Assembly (NCBI GenBank): GCA_934201705.1
Contig: CAKPXF010000001.1
Location: 66,783-130,782, forward strand
Length of the DNA: 64,000 nt
DNA from: an uncultured Bacilli bacterium
Lineage (GTDB): Bacteria; Bacillota_I; Bacilli_A; RFN20; CAG-631
Direction: 5' to 3'
Shown here: piece after piece, positions 48,491 to 59,182 of the stretch
Layout of the letters: every line of letters starts with the position of its first letter
Position numbering within the stretch: position 1 is the stretch's first letter
Position numbers and translations under genes: made by a program
The notes under the pieces: generated by a model
What the model was told of the DNA's origin: nothing
Seen by the model: the letters and a program-made list of their open reading frames with translations, nothing else
Databases searched by the model: none

Positions 48491-50866
48491 ATGGAAAAAA
48501 TAGAACTTTTAGCACCTGCTGGTAATTTAAATATTTTAAAGGCTGCAGTAGATAATGGTGCTGATGCAATTTATTTAGGTGGGGAAAATTTTTCGGCAAG
48601 AGCTTTTGCTGATAATTTTACAAATGAGGAAATAGTGGAAGGAATAAAATATGCTCATGTTAGAGGAGCTAAGGTATATGTTAGTATAAACACACTAGTT
48701 TATGATGATGAAATTAATGATGTTTTTAATTTTGCTGACTTTTTATATTTAAATGATGTTGATGCTTTAATAGTTGCTGATTTTGGCTTAATCAATGCTT
48801 TAAAAAATCGTTATCCTTCATTAGCAATTCATGTTTCAACACAGCTAAATACTCATAGCCTATGGCAAGTTAAATTACTTGAATCATTAAATGTTTCTCG
48901 TGTTATTTTAGCTCGTGAAACAGAATTATCAACAATTAAATATATAAAGCAAAACTCTTCTATGCCACTTGAGGTCTTTGCACATGGTGCTTTATGTGTT
49001 TGCTATTCTGGTAATTGCTTACAATCATCTTTAATTGGAAAACGTTCAGGAAATAGAGGAAAATGTGCACAACCATGTAGAATGCAATATACCTTACTTG
49101 AAAATAATAAAGCAGTTTCTAATAAGAAATTTTTACTTTCATTAAAGGATTTAAATACACTTGAGCATATAGATGAATTAATTGAAGCTAATGTTGCTTC
49201 TCTTAAAATAGAAGGTAGAATGAAAAGCGTTGAATATGTAGCTTTAGTAACAAAAACATATAGAGATGCTATTGATAATTATTATGCTAAAAAAATCAAC
49301 GAGGTTGATTATATAGCTGAAGATAAAATTAAAATGGTCTTTTCAAGAGGCTTTAGTAAAGGCTTTATGTTTAAAGAATTAAATGGTAATATTGCTCAAA
49401 CATATAGACCTTCACATATTGGTGAAAAAATTGGAAAGGTTATTGGGGTTAAGGATGATTTAGTACAAATAAAGCTTTCAAATACAATTCATCAAAAGGA
49501 TAAAATAGCTATTTTACAAGAAAGAGCCGATGACATAAAAATGTTTTTATCAAAAATTTATGTAAAGGGTAAATTAGTTCCATGCGGCTATAAGGATGAA
49601 ATTATTGAAATATCTATTAATTCTAAGGTAAGTAAGGATTCTATTGTTTATAAGATAGTTGATAATGCCTTAATGGAAGAAATAAATAATACCTATTTGA
49701 AAAATAAAAAGAAAGTTCCTATTAGAATGAAATTTATTTCTAATGTTAATGAATCAATGGCTTTAATAATAAAGGACAATAATTCTCATTCAATATTAGT
49801 TAAATCTGATTATGTTGTAGAAAAAGCTATTAATTCACCAACTAGTGATGAAAAAATAAAAGAGCAATTAAGTAAGGTTTTCTCTACAGCCTATGAAATA
49901 AAAGATATGGTTATAGTAAATGATAATCAAGGAATTATTCCAGTTAAATTTATTAATGATTTAAGACGTGAGGCTATAAGTAAATTAGATGAAGCAAGAG
50001 AAAAGACTTATAATAGATCACTTGATGATATTAATACTGAAATTGATTATTTGCCTAAAGTTAAAAATCAAAGCCAACAATTAAAGGTTAAGGTTCATAC
50101 CTTATTTCAGCTTGATGCTATAGCAAATCTTGAAGGAATTAGTGCAATTTATTATGATGATATGCTAACATATTCAATAGCTAAAAATAAATATCCTCAT
50201 TTAAATTTAATTTTAGTATTACCTCGTATTAATAATGATAGAAGTAAAATAGAAATAGATTCTCCTGTCTATGTATGTAATAACTATGGTGATTTATTAA
50301 AGCATGATAATGCTAGATTAATTACTGATATGTATATGAATGTTACTAATAAGCTAACAATTGCTAGCTTATTAAAGCTAAATGTTGAAACAATTACTAT
50401 TTCTTGTGAAATGAATCATTTACAAATTAAAGAGCTTGTTAATGACTTTAAAGAAGATTATGGCTTTATTCCTCCTCTTGAAATGGTCGTTTATGGTCAT
50501 TATCAAACAATGATTACAAAATATTGCTTTATAAGCAATGAATATGGATTTAGTAAAACACACTGTGGTGCTTGTAAAAACAAAAATTTAGCACTTCTTG
50601 ATAGAATGAATTATATTTTTCCAATTACTACTGATAATAATTGTAATGTTACAATTTATAATTCAAAGGCAACTCATTTAATTTCCTATTTAGATGAAAT
50701 TTATGATATGGGTATTAATTCATTAAGGCTTGATTTTTCAATTGAAAATCCTCAAGAGGTATATGATATTACAAAAGCATATTTAGATATGATTAAATAT
50801 CATGATTATGACTTATCATTAAATGATGTAACATATGCTTATTTTCTAGATTCAACTAAAAACTAA
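48491..50866 (+). CDS. Peptidase U32 family protein (collagenase-like/PrtC-type), long form
   Basis: U32 N-terminal signature LELLAPAGNLNILKAAVDNGADAIYLGG and the conserved Cys-containing region E..AHGALCVCYSGNC. The start is set at ATG 48491 with a GGTGA RBS. Confidence 0.8.
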   Translation: MEKIELLAPAGNLNILKAAVDNGADAIYLGGENFSARAFADNFTNEEIVEGIKYAHVRGAKVYVSINTLVYDDEINDVFNFADFLYLNDVDALIVADFGLINALKNRYPSLAIHVSTQLNTHSLWQVKLLESLNVSRVILARETELSTIKYIKQNSSMPLEVFAHGALCVCYSGNCLQSSLIGKRSGNRGKCAQPCRMQYTLLENNKAVSNKKFLLSLKDLNTLEHIDELIEANVASLKIEGRMKSVEYVALVTKTYRDAIDNYYAKKINEVDYIAEDKIKMVFSRGFSKGFMFKELNGNIAQTYRPSHIGEKIGKVIGVKDDLVQIKLSNTIHQKDKIAILQERADDIKMFLSKIYVKGKLVPCGYKDEIIEISINSKVSKDSIVYKIVDNALMEEINNTYLKNKKKVPIRMKFISNVNESMALIIKDNNSHSILVKSDYVVEKAINSPTSDEKIKEQLSKVFSTAYEIKDMVIVNDNQGIIPVKFINDLRREAISKLDEAREKTYNRSLDDINTEIDYLPKVKNQSQQLKVKVHTLFQLDAIANLEGISAIYYDDMLTYSIAKNKYPHLNLILVLPRINNDRSKIEIDSPVYVCNNYGDLLKHDNARLITDMYMNVTNKLTIASLLKLNVETITISCEMNHLQIKELVNDFKEDYGFIPPLEMVVYGHYQTMITKYCFISNEYGFSKTHCGACKNKNLALLDRMNYIFPITTDNNCNVTIYNSKATHLISYLDEIYDMGINSLRLDFSIENPQEVYDITKAYLDMIKYHDYDLSLNDVTYAYFLDSTKN

Positions 50867-50942
50867 GTAAACTTTTATTTACTAATTGAGATAAAATAAG
50901 TATAATCTTAATAGATACAACTTTTTTTGAGGAGGAATTTTC

Positions 50943-52352
50943 ATGGAAGAAAGAAAATTAAAATTAAATTTTAAGAATACCTTTAAAATTGGCTTTGCTT
51001 TTTTTGGAATTTTAATGCTTTGGCAGGTTTATAATACCTATTGCCCTATTATATTAGAGGCAATGCTAAAGGATAGGGGCTTAACAAACTATCATTATAT
51101 TGTTGGTATTATTATGGCTCTTGATAATGTAGCAGCTATAATTGTTATGCCTTTAGTTGGAAAGATGTCTGATAAAACCAAAACAAAATGGGGTAAACGA
51201 ATGCCTTATATTGTAATAGGAATGCTATTAACAACGATTGTTTTCCCATTTATTGCCTTAATGTGTTATTTTAACATTTTTGTAGGGGTAATTATATTTA
51301 TGCTTTTATTCTTAATTATTATGCAAGCATATCGTTCACCAGCTGTTGCTTTTATGCCAGACGTTACACCAAAGCCTTTAAGAAGTACTGCTAATGGTAT
51401 TATTAATCTAGTTGGATATTTAGGTGGAGTATTTGCAACAATAATAGGAATGCTACCATTTTTAAAGCTAAACGATAGCTCATCACTTGCTGAAATACAA
51501 AGTAAAATTATTTGGCCATTTATTATCACAACAATTGTTTTTGTTTTAGTACTTATTTTCTTAATATTTAGAGTTAATGAAAATAAGCTAGTTGAAGAAA
51601 CAAAAGATGATGTTGCATATGGTGAAACATTAGCTGATACTGAAGAGGCTATTAAAGATGATAATAAATTATCAAAATCTGATTTTAGAAACTTTATTTT
51701 AATTTTAATTGCTATTTTCTTCTGGTTTATGGCTTTTAATTCCTTTGAAACATTTGGTAGCTTATTCTTTAAAGATATTGTAAAGGACTCAACAATTTAT
51801 TCAACAATGGCTATGGTATTATCTGTTGTTTCAATATTATCATTTGTATTATTCTCAACATTATCTAATAAAATTGGTCGAAAGCTTACTATTGTAATAG
51901 GTTTAGTATTGTTAATAGTAGCTTTAGTAACTACTGCTATTTTATCAATAGTTATTAATGATTTTTCAAATACTAATGATGTTGCTACTGGCTATAAGCT
52001 ATTATTTATTGTAATTGCTGCTATTATGGGTGTTGGTTGGGCATTAGTTAATATTAATTCATTCCCTATGGTTGTTGAATTTTCAAATAAGGATAATATT
52101 GGTAAGTTTACAAGCTATTATTATATGTCTTCAATGCTAGCACAATCAATTACTCCAATTCTTGTTGGCTTCTTTATGGACTATTTAGGAATTGGTAAAA
52201 AGATCTTATTTATTTATGCAGCTATTATGATGATAATTGCTCTTGTAGTATTTATTTTTATTAAAGAAAAAATTAGCCTTTCTAAACGTAAAGAAATGGC
52301 TAAGGATGAAAAGAAAAAATCAGTTCTTGAAAGAATTGGCGATAATGATTAA
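50943..52352 (+). CDS. MFS transporter
   Basis: 469 aa with ~12 TM helices and an MFS-like motif (PLVGKMSDKTKTKWGKRMPYIV) in loop 2-3. Confidence 0.75.
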   Translation: MEERKLKLNFKNTFKIGFAFFGILMLWQVYNTYCPIILEAMLKDRGLTNYHYIVGIIMALDNVAAIIVMPLVGKMSDKTKTKWGKRMPYIVIGMLLTTIVFPFIALMCYFNIFVGVIIFMLLFLIIMQAYRSPAVAFMPDVTPKPLRSTANGIINLVGYLGGVFATIIGMLPFLKLNDSSSLAEIQSKIIWPFIITTIVFVLVLIFLIFRVNENKLVEETKDDVAYGETLADTEEAIKDDNKLSKSDFRNFILILIAIFFWFMAFNSFETFGSLFFKDIVKDSTIYSTMAMVLSVVSILSFVLFSTLSNKIGRKLTIVIGLVLLIVALVTTAILSIVINDFSNTNDVATGYKLLFIVIAAIMGVGWALVNINSFPMVVEFSNKDNIGKFTSYYYMSSMLAQSITPILVGFFMDYLGIGKKILFIYAAIMMIIALVVFIFIKEKISLSKRKEMAKDEKKKSVLERIGDND

Positions 52353-52374
52353 AGTAAAAAAGCTCGAAAGAGCT

Positions 52375-53202
52375 TTATTTTATTATGATATTGTTAACAA
52401 AGCCAATCAAACCGCTAGAGGCACAAAGCTGAGGCTTATTTTTATTAATATATGTTGTACTAGCACCATGAGTATGTCCACAAAGAATAGCTTTTATTAA
52501 TGGCTCATTTGTAACATAATCTATAAATGCTTTACTACTTTCATCGCAATTTTTATAATTTATGATAAAGTATGAATCATACTTTTCCATTTCTTTTTCA
52601 TTGTATTTAGTTAAAAGAGGAATATGCATACAAAGAATAATACTCTTATTCTTTTTAACTTCATTTTTCAGCTTATTTAATTGATTTTCACTTACACTTT
52701 TTAAAGAATCATCAATACCAATAACTAATAAATCCTCAAATTCATAAACATTAAAATCACTACTACTATTAGTTATTTCATCATAAAATTCTTCTTGTGC
52801 TTCATGATTTCCATTTGTAAATAAATAAGGACATTTTAAGGTGTTTAATTCTTCCTTTAAAAATTTAAAATTACTATTAGAATTATAATCAATAATATCT
52901 CCAGTTAATACTAATAAATTAGGATTTTCCTTATTAGTATAGTCAATTAATTTGCATAAGCATTCTTTTGATGATATTTCATGCTCTTTTCCAAAATATT
53001 CATTAAAATGCTTCGCAAAGTTTTTTTTTACATAATCCCAAGCCTTTTCATTTTCAATTGCTTTATTTTTTTCTTCTTCACTATCATTTTTTTCATAACT
53101 TATTGCATGGACATCACTAAAATGGATGAAATGATACTCATGCTTTAAATTGAAATTAAGAATTATTTTGTTTTCTTGTATAAAACTCATAGCTACCTCC
53201 AA
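52375..53202 (-). CDS. Metallophosphoesterase (calcineurin-like phosphoesterase)
   Basis: Motifs HFSDVHA (GDxH-like), LTGDIIDY (GDxxD), GNHE and GHTHG. Confidence 0.7.
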   Translation of the reverse strand: MEVAMSFIQENKIILNFNLKHEYHFIHFSDVHAISYEKNDSEEEKNKAIENEKAWDYVKKNFAKHFNEYFGKEHEISSKECLCKLIDYTNKENPNLLVLTGDIIDYNSNSNFKFLKEELNTLKCPYLFTNGNHEAQEEFYDEITNSSSDFNVYEFEDLLVIGIDDSLKSVSENQLNKLKNEVKKNKSIILCMHIPLLTKYNEKEMEKYDSYFIINYKNCDESSKAFIDYVTNEPLIKAILCGHTHGASTTYINKNKPQLCASSGLIGFVNNIIIK

Positions 53203-53283
53203 GTGTTCCTTATTATTTTAGCTTATTATAATGAAAATGACCATATCTTTTTAATTTAAATAGTTATATAATAAATAGGCGAG

Positions 53284-54117
53284 GTGAAGCAAATGGCTAA
53301 TTGTGATCATAATTGTAGCTCATGTAATTCAAAGTGTGGAAAGGAAGATTTCATTATTCATACTAATGAATTATCAAATATAAAAAAAGTGATTGGGATA
53401 GTTAGTGGTAAAGGTGGAGTTGGAAAATCATTAGTTACTTCTTTATTAGCAGTAAGCAGTGCTAAATTAAATTATAAGAGTGCTATTTTAGATGGAGATA
53501 TCTTAGGTCCTTCAATTCCTAAAGTATTTGGTGTAAAACAAAAGGCATATGGTGATATTACAGGAAAATATATTGTTCCTGCTAAAACAAGTAAGCTTGA
53601 TATTGATATTATTTCATCAACAATGCTACTTGAAAATGAAACAGATCCTGTTATTTGGCGAGGATCAATGGTAAGCAATATTTTAAAGCAATTTTATAGT
53701 GATGTTGTTTATGATAATCAAGATGTCTTATTTATTGATATGCCACCTGGAACAGGTGATGTACCATTAACAATTTTTCAATCAGTACCACTTGATGGAA
53801 TAATTATAGTTACATCTCCTCAGGACTTAGTATCATTAATTGTTACAAAGGCTATTAAAATGGCTAATATGATGAATATTCCAATTCTTGGAATTGTTGA
53901 AAATTATTCTTATATTGTTTGTCCTGATTGTAATAATAAAATAGAACTATTTGGAAAATCAAAAATTAATGAGCTTGCTAGTGAAAATAATATTAAAAAT
54001 GTAATAAAATTACCTTTAGATCCTTCATTAACAGCACTTTGTGATGAAGGAAAAATTGAAGATGCTGATGTTCATTATTTTGACGATTTGATTAAAAACG
54101 TAATATTTAAAAAATAA
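53284..54117 (+). CDS. mrp: Mrp/NBP35-family Fe-S cluster carrier ATPase (ApbC-like)
   Basis: N-terminal Cys cluster (CDHNCSSCNSKC), deviant Walker A GKGGVGKS, and C-terminal CPDC. Confidence 0.8.
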   Translation: MKQMANCDHNCSSCNSKCGKEDFIIHTNELSNIKKVIGIVSGKGGVGKSLVTSLLAVSSAKLNYKSAILDGDILGPSIPKVFGVKQKAYGDITGKYIVPAKTSKLDIDIISSTMLLENETDPVIWRGSMVSNILKQFYSDVVYDNQDVLFIDMPPGTGDVPLTIFQSVPLDGIIIVTSPQDLVSLIVTKAIKMANMMNIPILGIVENYSYIVCPDCNNKIELFGKSKINELASENNIKNVIKLPLDPSLTALCDEGKIEDADVHYFDDLIKNVIFKK

Positions 54118-54127
54118 ATCCATTTCA

Positions 54128-54550
54128 TTACGAGATGGATTTTTCTTTATTTTCATACATTAATCTTGTTAATTCCTTACAAACACCTTCACAGTCTTTA
54201 ACAAAATTATATTTATATGTTCCTTTTTTAGAGCTTATTATTATTTTACCATAAGAATATGAATAGCCTTTTGCTGTAGCCTTTCTATAAGAAATATCAA
54301 TTAAATCACTACAGCTTAATTTTATATTTTTAGGTAATATTAATTCGTTATTTTCATTTAGCTTAATGATTTCTTTAGGAGTATTTAAATAAACTACTAT
54401 AAAATAAATAGACATTGCTGATAAGATTATTCCTATAAAAGAAAAGGCAAATTTACTATTTGCTCCAAGGACAATAATAATTAATCCTAAAATAAAGCTA
54501 ATTATATAAAAAACTATAGGTGATTTTTCTCTTGTTGCGATTACTTTCAT
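54128..54550 (-). CDS. Small membrane protein (2 TM helices plus ~80-aa soluble domain), unknown
   Basis: 140-aa ORF with a hydrophobic N-terminal half. Confidence 0.4.
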   Translation of the reverse strand: MKVIATREKSPIVFYIISFILGLIIIVLGANSKFAFSFIGIILSAMSIYFIVVYLNTPKEIIKLNENNELILPKNIKLSCSDLIDISYRKATAKGYSYSYGKIIISSKKGTYKYNFVKDCEGVCKELTRLMYENKEKSIS

Positions 54551-54771
54551 TATTTATCAACTTCTTTCTTAAAAATTACATATTTATTCTTTAAAGATAT
54601 TTTATCAACCTTTATATTATATTGCTCTAATTCCTTTTTATATTTTAAAAAAGAATGGTCAAGGGGAATGCTAGCAATTTTATTAATATCAGCAAACGAT
54701 AAAGTAAGATTATTATTATTTTCTTTAAAGTATTCAATTAAGTATTTCCATAATAAATTATACTTGTCCAT
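54550..54771 (-). CDS. Hypothetical protein (73 aa)
   Basis: The ORF is translationally coupled (ATGA overlap) to the downstream small membrane protein gene. Confidence 0.35.
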   Translation of the reverse strand: MDKYNLLWKYLIEYFKENNNNLTLSFADINKIASIPLDHSFLKYKKELEQYNIKVDKISLKNKYVIFKKEVDK

Positions 54772-54826
54772 ATTTTTCTCCTAATACTATATTATTATAT
54801 AAAAAATAAACTCTTTTTAAAAGAGT

Positions 54827-55219
54827 TTATACATCAATTATTTCATCACTAAGCTTAATTTTGTAGCATTTAATGACTTTATATTTATCATTGCTTTTTA
54901 ATAAATAATCATATGTTTTAGTAAAATCATAGCTTTCTACTAAATATTTTTTATTAATTCCTTCTTCAATTACATAGCATTTATCCTTTAATAGCTCCAT
55001 TAATTTTTTACTATTACAAATTTTAATGAATAAAACTAGGTTTTCTCTATCAAATGATGATATAATCATTTTCTTTTTATCGTTTTTATCATTTATAATA
55101 TAAAATACCGTTTGAGAAAATAAATATGTAACAAAAGATGATGATTTATAATATAAGCTTTTTATGTGATTTTTACTATTTGTAAAAAAAGATTTAATTT
55201 TCTTTTGATTTTCGTTCAT
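54827..55219 (-). CDS. Hypothetical protein (130 aa)
   Basis: ORF overlapping the 3' end of asd by 26 nt. No motif recognised. Confidence 0.35.
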   Translation of the reverse strand: MNENQKKIKSFFTNSKNHIKSLYYKSSSFVTYLFSQTVFYIINDKNDKKKMIISSFDRENLVLFIKICNSKKLMELLKDKCYVIEEGINKKYLVESYDFTKTYDYLLKSNDKYKVIKCYKIKLSDEIIDV

Positions 55220-56189
55220 TTTCTTCCTCCAATTCTATTAATTTTGTTAAAAGTAAATATGAATTGTTGGCTGCTCCTACTCTAACATTATCAGCTACAC
55301 AGTAAAATAATAAATTATTATTTTGCTTTCTTAGTCTTCCAATATAAATTTTATCATTTTTGCATGAAAGAATAGATGTTGGGACAATGCTATCACAATA
55401 AACAACATTAGGAATATTTTCTAAGTCGTTTATTATATCGCTAATAGCAAAATCATTAGAAAATTCAATTTGACAAGAAACACCATGAGAGAACATAACA
55501 GGTACTCTTACACATGTTGCATAGATTTCGATATTGCTATTATTTAATATCTTTTTATACTCATTCATTATTTTCTCTTCTTCAGTAGATATGTGGTTTA
55601 TATTTTCTTTTCCAATTAATGGTATACATGTAAAGGAAATATCACTTTGATAGAAAATAGGCATTAATCCTTTACGACAACGAATCAAATCATCAATTCC
55701 TTTTTTTCCAGAGCCTGATACTGATTGATATGTATTAACTATTATTTTTTTAATATTATATTTTTTTAATGCATATATTGGTACAATACTTTGAATAACA
55801 CAGCAATTTGGATTAGAAATTAATGTGTTTTCTTTATTTAGTAAATAATCATTAGCATAATAAGCGATTAAAGGAACATCGTTTTCATTTCTAAATGCTG
55901 ATGAATTATCAACTACCTTAACATTTTTCTTTAAAGCAATAGGAATATATTTTTTGGCTACATCTTCATTTGTAAAAAAGCAAGCATGTGTTACATTATC
56001 AAAGCTATTTTCATCTAACTCATGAACAATGTAATACTTATGATTTATTTTTAATTTTTTTCCTTTAGATTTTTTTGATGCAAATAATTGTATTTCAAAA
56101 TTAGAGTTATTTTGTTCTTCTAATATATGTAGAAATGTTTGTCCTACAAGACCTGTAGCTCCAACAATTGCTAATTTAATTTTTTCCAT
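55194..56189 (-). CDS. asd: Aspartate-semialdehyde dehydrogenase
   Basis: N-terminal NAD-binding motif AIVGATGLVGQ and active-site Cys in NPNCCVIQ. 331 aa. Confidence 0.85.
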   Translation of the reverse strand: MEKIKLAIVGATGLVGQTFLHILEEQNNSNFEIQLFASKKSKGKKLKINHKYYIVHELDENSFDNVTHACFFTNEDVAKKYIPIALKKNVKVVDNSSAFRNENDVPLIAYYANDYLLNKENTLISNPNCCVIQSIVPIYALKKYNIKKIIVNTYQSVSGSGKKGIDDLIRCRKGLMPIFYQSDISFTCIPLIGKENINHISTEEEKIMNEYKKILNNSNIEIYATCVRVPVMFSHGVSCQIEFSNDFAISDIINDLENIPNVVYCDSIVPTSILSCKNDKIYIGRLRKQNNNLLFYCVADNVRVGAANNSYLLLTKLIELEEENERKSKEN

Positions 56190-56317
56190 ATTTTACTTCA
56201 CCTATACTAATATATGTATAAATATAGTATTAAAGAATTAAAAAAGAGTAATTTGTATAGACTAAAAAAAATTATTTTGATAAAATACATATGGTAGAAC
56301 TTTATTAGGAGGCAATT

Positions 56318-56794
56318 ATGCAAACTAAAGAATTTATTAAAAGTAACAATATAAAACTTCGTAGTATTACAAATCTAATTGGTGGAGTTTTAATGTTTGT
56401 AACAGGATTATATTTTGTATTATTTATTGATTTAAACTTTAAAACACAAGGATCTAGTAGCACACAAGTATTTACTTTATCTGCTTATTTATTAGTTGCT
56501 ATTTTATTAGCAGTTGGAAGTGGAATTATTTATTTTGTTGGCGATTCCTTAAAGCACAAAGCCAAAGCAACAATTATCTTAAAGGGAATTAGTATTGTAT
56601 TAGCAATTGCATTTATTGTATTTTTATTTTATTTTAAAGTTAAAATGAATGATAAGGATACAAGAGTATTAGAATCTGTATTACCAACGATAAATTCAAT
56701 TATTACAATTTCTTTAGTTATCGATATTGTTGGTATTGTATTTCTAATTATTAATTATATTTTATCAATAATATTTGTAAAAGAAGATTATTAG
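56318..56794 (+). CDS. Membrane protein, unknown function (4 TM)
   Basis: 158-aa hydrophobic ORF preceded by an RBS (ttaggagg). Confidence 0.5.
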   Translation: MQTKEFIKSNNIKLRSITNLIGGVLMFVTGLYFVLFIDLNFKTQGSSSTQVFTLSAYLLVAILLAVGSGIIYFVGDSLKHKAKATIILKGISIVLAIAFIVFLFYFKVKMNDKDTRVLESVLPTINSIITISLVIDIVGIVFLIINYILSIIFVKEDY

Positions 56795-56841
56795 AAAGCA
56801 CATTGTGCTTTTTTTCTTTTTAAAAGAGTTTAATAACATTA

Positions 56842-56874
56842 AAAGGCTGTGAATATTAGCACTCACAACCTTTT
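56842..56874. repeat. Degenerate copy of the repeated terminator hairpin plus 3'-UTR remnant of an immunity-gene paralogue
   Basis: aaaaggctgtgaatattagcactcacaaccttttaagtaacataagctaaagattaatt aligns to the 3' flank of the paralogues at 58123..58175 and 60653..60712, with mismatches. Confidence 0.6.
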
Positions 56875-56948
56875 AAGTAACATAAGCTAAAGATTAATTA
56901 CAACTATTTGAAATATATCATTTTCTATTACAATTTTTTTGGATAAGT

Positions 56949-57881
56949 TTATATTATTTTATCAAGAGTTTGTTTAATTTCTACTTCAAGTTTTTTAATT
57001 TCTTGTTTTAAACATTCAAAATCGTTTGCACTACTAACAATGAGATGCCTATCCATGATTTGTTCAAATTCAACAAATTTTTTTGATATAAATGAATATT
57101 TAGAAGTAATTTGATTACAAATTCTATTTTCATCAGTTAAATAAAATGCAATATACATTCCATATTTTCTAATCAGACTACATATAAAAGCACAATAATC
57201 TTCATTTACAAGGTTAATACTATCATTAACTACTAAGTCATAATATTCAATATACTGGTGCCCACAGGCAGATGATTTGCCAAAATTTTCAATATTAAAT
57301 GTGTGATTTGTAATATTATATTCGATTATTCCACAACTTTGGTTTTCTAAAGCACCTTGAGAAAATACTAAATGTAAAATATTCTTATGAATAGCAATTT
57401 TTAATAAAATAATATCCATAACAGGTAGATTTTTTAATAATAATAATTCTTTTGTTTTTATATTATAAATATATGATTTGTTTCTTTTTACTTTATAAAA
57501 TAAAATATACTCATTATAATTATAATAATCAAAATTTTCTGAGATATTGCTTTGATTTATTATTTCACATTTTAAATAATCTACCACAACTATTTTTTTA
57601 TTCTTAAATGCAAATAATAAATTATCATAAACTACAGCTGAGTAAACTGCACATATTTTAAAAAAGTTAACATGATTATCTTTTATAATTTCAATACCTT
57701 TTTCATAATCAAATACTATTAAGCAGTTATTACAATAAATTGGTTTTATAACATCATCAATAATGTCTTTAAAATTTGTATCATAATTTAAAATCAATTG
57801 ATTGTTACCATATAATGAAAATCTTTTATTACACACCTCATATGCCAATACTGTTTTGTCGACATTAATAAAATATTTCAT
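56949..57881 (-). CDS. Hypothetical protein (310 aa), putative immunity protein of the cassette array
   Basis: The ORF lies immediately downstream of a truncated toxin stub (58020..58100) in the same orientation. No recognisable motifs. Confidence 0.45.
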   Translation of the reverse strand: MKYFINVDKTVLAYEVCNKRFSLYGNNQLILNYDTNFKDIIDDVIKPIYCNNCLIVFDYEKGIEIIKDNHVNFFKICAVYSAVVYDNLLFAFKNKKIVVVDYLKCEIINQSNISENFDYYNYNEYILFYKVKRNKSYIYNIKTKELLLLKNLPVMDIILLKIAIHKNILHLVFSQGALENQSCGIIEYNITNHTFNIENFGKSSACGHQYIEYYDLVVNDSINLVNEDYCAFICSLIRKYGMYIAFYLTDENRICNQITSKYSFISKKFVEFEQIMDRHLIVSSANDFECLKQEIKKLEVEIKQTLDKII

Positions 57882-58019
57882 ATTGTTTTCCCCTCCATAC
57901 TTATTATAAACTATATATCCATGTCATAAATTAATTTCATAATTTTTTTTGCATGTTCCCAAGCATTTTTATCATTTACTTGCCCTGAATCTAAAATTTT
58001 TTAACATGATTTTATCTAA

Positions 58020-58100
58020 TGTACAACTAATAAACTACTACCAACTACATACGTATGATAACATAAAATATTAAATGTTGTAAATGCTACTTCATTTACT
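58020..58100 (-). other. Truncated toxin constant-segment stub (encodes ...EVAFTTFNILCYHTYVVGSSLLVVH*), copy 1 of 4
   Basis: ~75 bp nearly identical to 59516..59585 and 60556..60635. There is no start codon and an in-frame stop comes right after LLVVH. Confidence 0.6.
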
Positions 58101-58128
58101 ATTATAGAGATTAAAGATAAAAGGCTGT

Positions 58129-58154
58129 GAATATTAGCACTCACAGCCTTTTAA
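58129..58154. repeat. Repeated terminator hairpin (ggctgtga-atattagcac-tcacagcc), copy 2
   Basis: Perfect 8-bp inverted repeat flanked by A/T tracts, ~10 nt downstream of the stop of the 331-aa gene. Confidence 0.65.
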
Positions 58155-58164
58155 GCAACATGCG

Positions 58165-59160
58165 CTAAAGATTAATTTCTATGATATCTTCATCATCTAC
58201 ATCATGATATCCCATAAATGCTCTTGTATTTATAAAAGTGTTATTAGCATTAGTATTTTTTAGTTCCATATAGGTATCCTGTAATATCTTTTGAATATAA
58301 GCATAAGCTTCAAAGAATTCCATTTTATTAATATTATCAAAATCTAATCTTATAGTGTTTTTATCAAAGCAATATGTTTCTTCATCAAACCATTTATTAA
58401 TGTAACCTCCAAGACTTAAGCTATATCCTTTTTCTTCTTCAATGAAGGTATAGAATATATATTTACATTTTGATTTTACAATTTTTGAATTTGATAAGTG
58501 TTCAAACCATGCTTTTATTAGTTCTTTTTCATTTTTATAGTTGTTTTCAAAATATGTAATGCAATATTCTAATTTATCATCTTCTTTTTTTAATTCTTTT
58601 ATACAAGCACCAGTAAATTTTTGCTTTTTAAATGCTTTTACTAAATCATCGCTTATACAAAGCCTTAAATCAAATAATTCTTTGTCAAAAGGAATAGATT
58701 TATCTGTATATATTTTCCTCATAGTAGCAATATGCTTATCATTTTCATCAAAATTGTATGTTGTATAAGCAATGCCACTATTAAATGATCTAATTGGGAT
58801 AACCTCTTTTGGTAACATTAAATAATAGTCACCATCGATTTTAATATTTTTATTGCGTACACTGAGTTCAACCTTTTTAAATAACAAGTTAGATGCTAAA
58901 TTATTACTATTTAAATAATCATATACTCGTTTAGTTATTAGGAAAAACGGATGAAGAAGCGAATACATAAAATCTTGCATGCTTTTTTCCTCATTATATG
59001 AAATATCACTTGTTACAGCTTCTTTAACATTTTCATAAATCCACATAATAGTTTCTTTATCATATCTATAATGATTTTTATCAGTTCCCACTTTAAAACC
59101 TTCAACGTCGTAATAAAAATTATAGTCATCGCCAAAATCTGTACTTTTTATTATTTTCAT
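58165..59160 (-). CDS. Putative immunity protein (331 aa), paralogue B; >95% identical to 60700..61689
   Basis: Strong RBS (AAAGGAG). It lies immediately downstream of the HNH-like toxin C-terminal cassette. The near-identical duplicate is 2.5 kb away. Confidence 0.6.
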   Translation of the reverse strand: MKIIKSTDFGDDYNFYYDVEGFKVGTDKNHYRYDKETIMWIYENVKEAVTSDISYNEEKSMQDFMYSLLHPFFLITKRVYDYLNSNNLASNLLFKKVELSVRNKNIKIDGDYYLMLPKEVIPIRSFNSGIAYTTYNFDENDKHIATMRKIYTDKSIPFDKELFDLRLCISDDLVKAFKKQKFTGACIKELKKEDDKLEYCITYFENNYKNEKELIKAWFEHLSNSKIVKSKCKYIFYTFIEEEKGYSLSLGGYINKWFDEETYCFDKNTIRLDFDNINKMEFFEAYAYIQKILQDTYMELKNTNANNTFINTRAFMGYHDVDDEDIIEINL

Positions 59161-59182
59161 ATGTTAACTTAGAATCTCCTTT

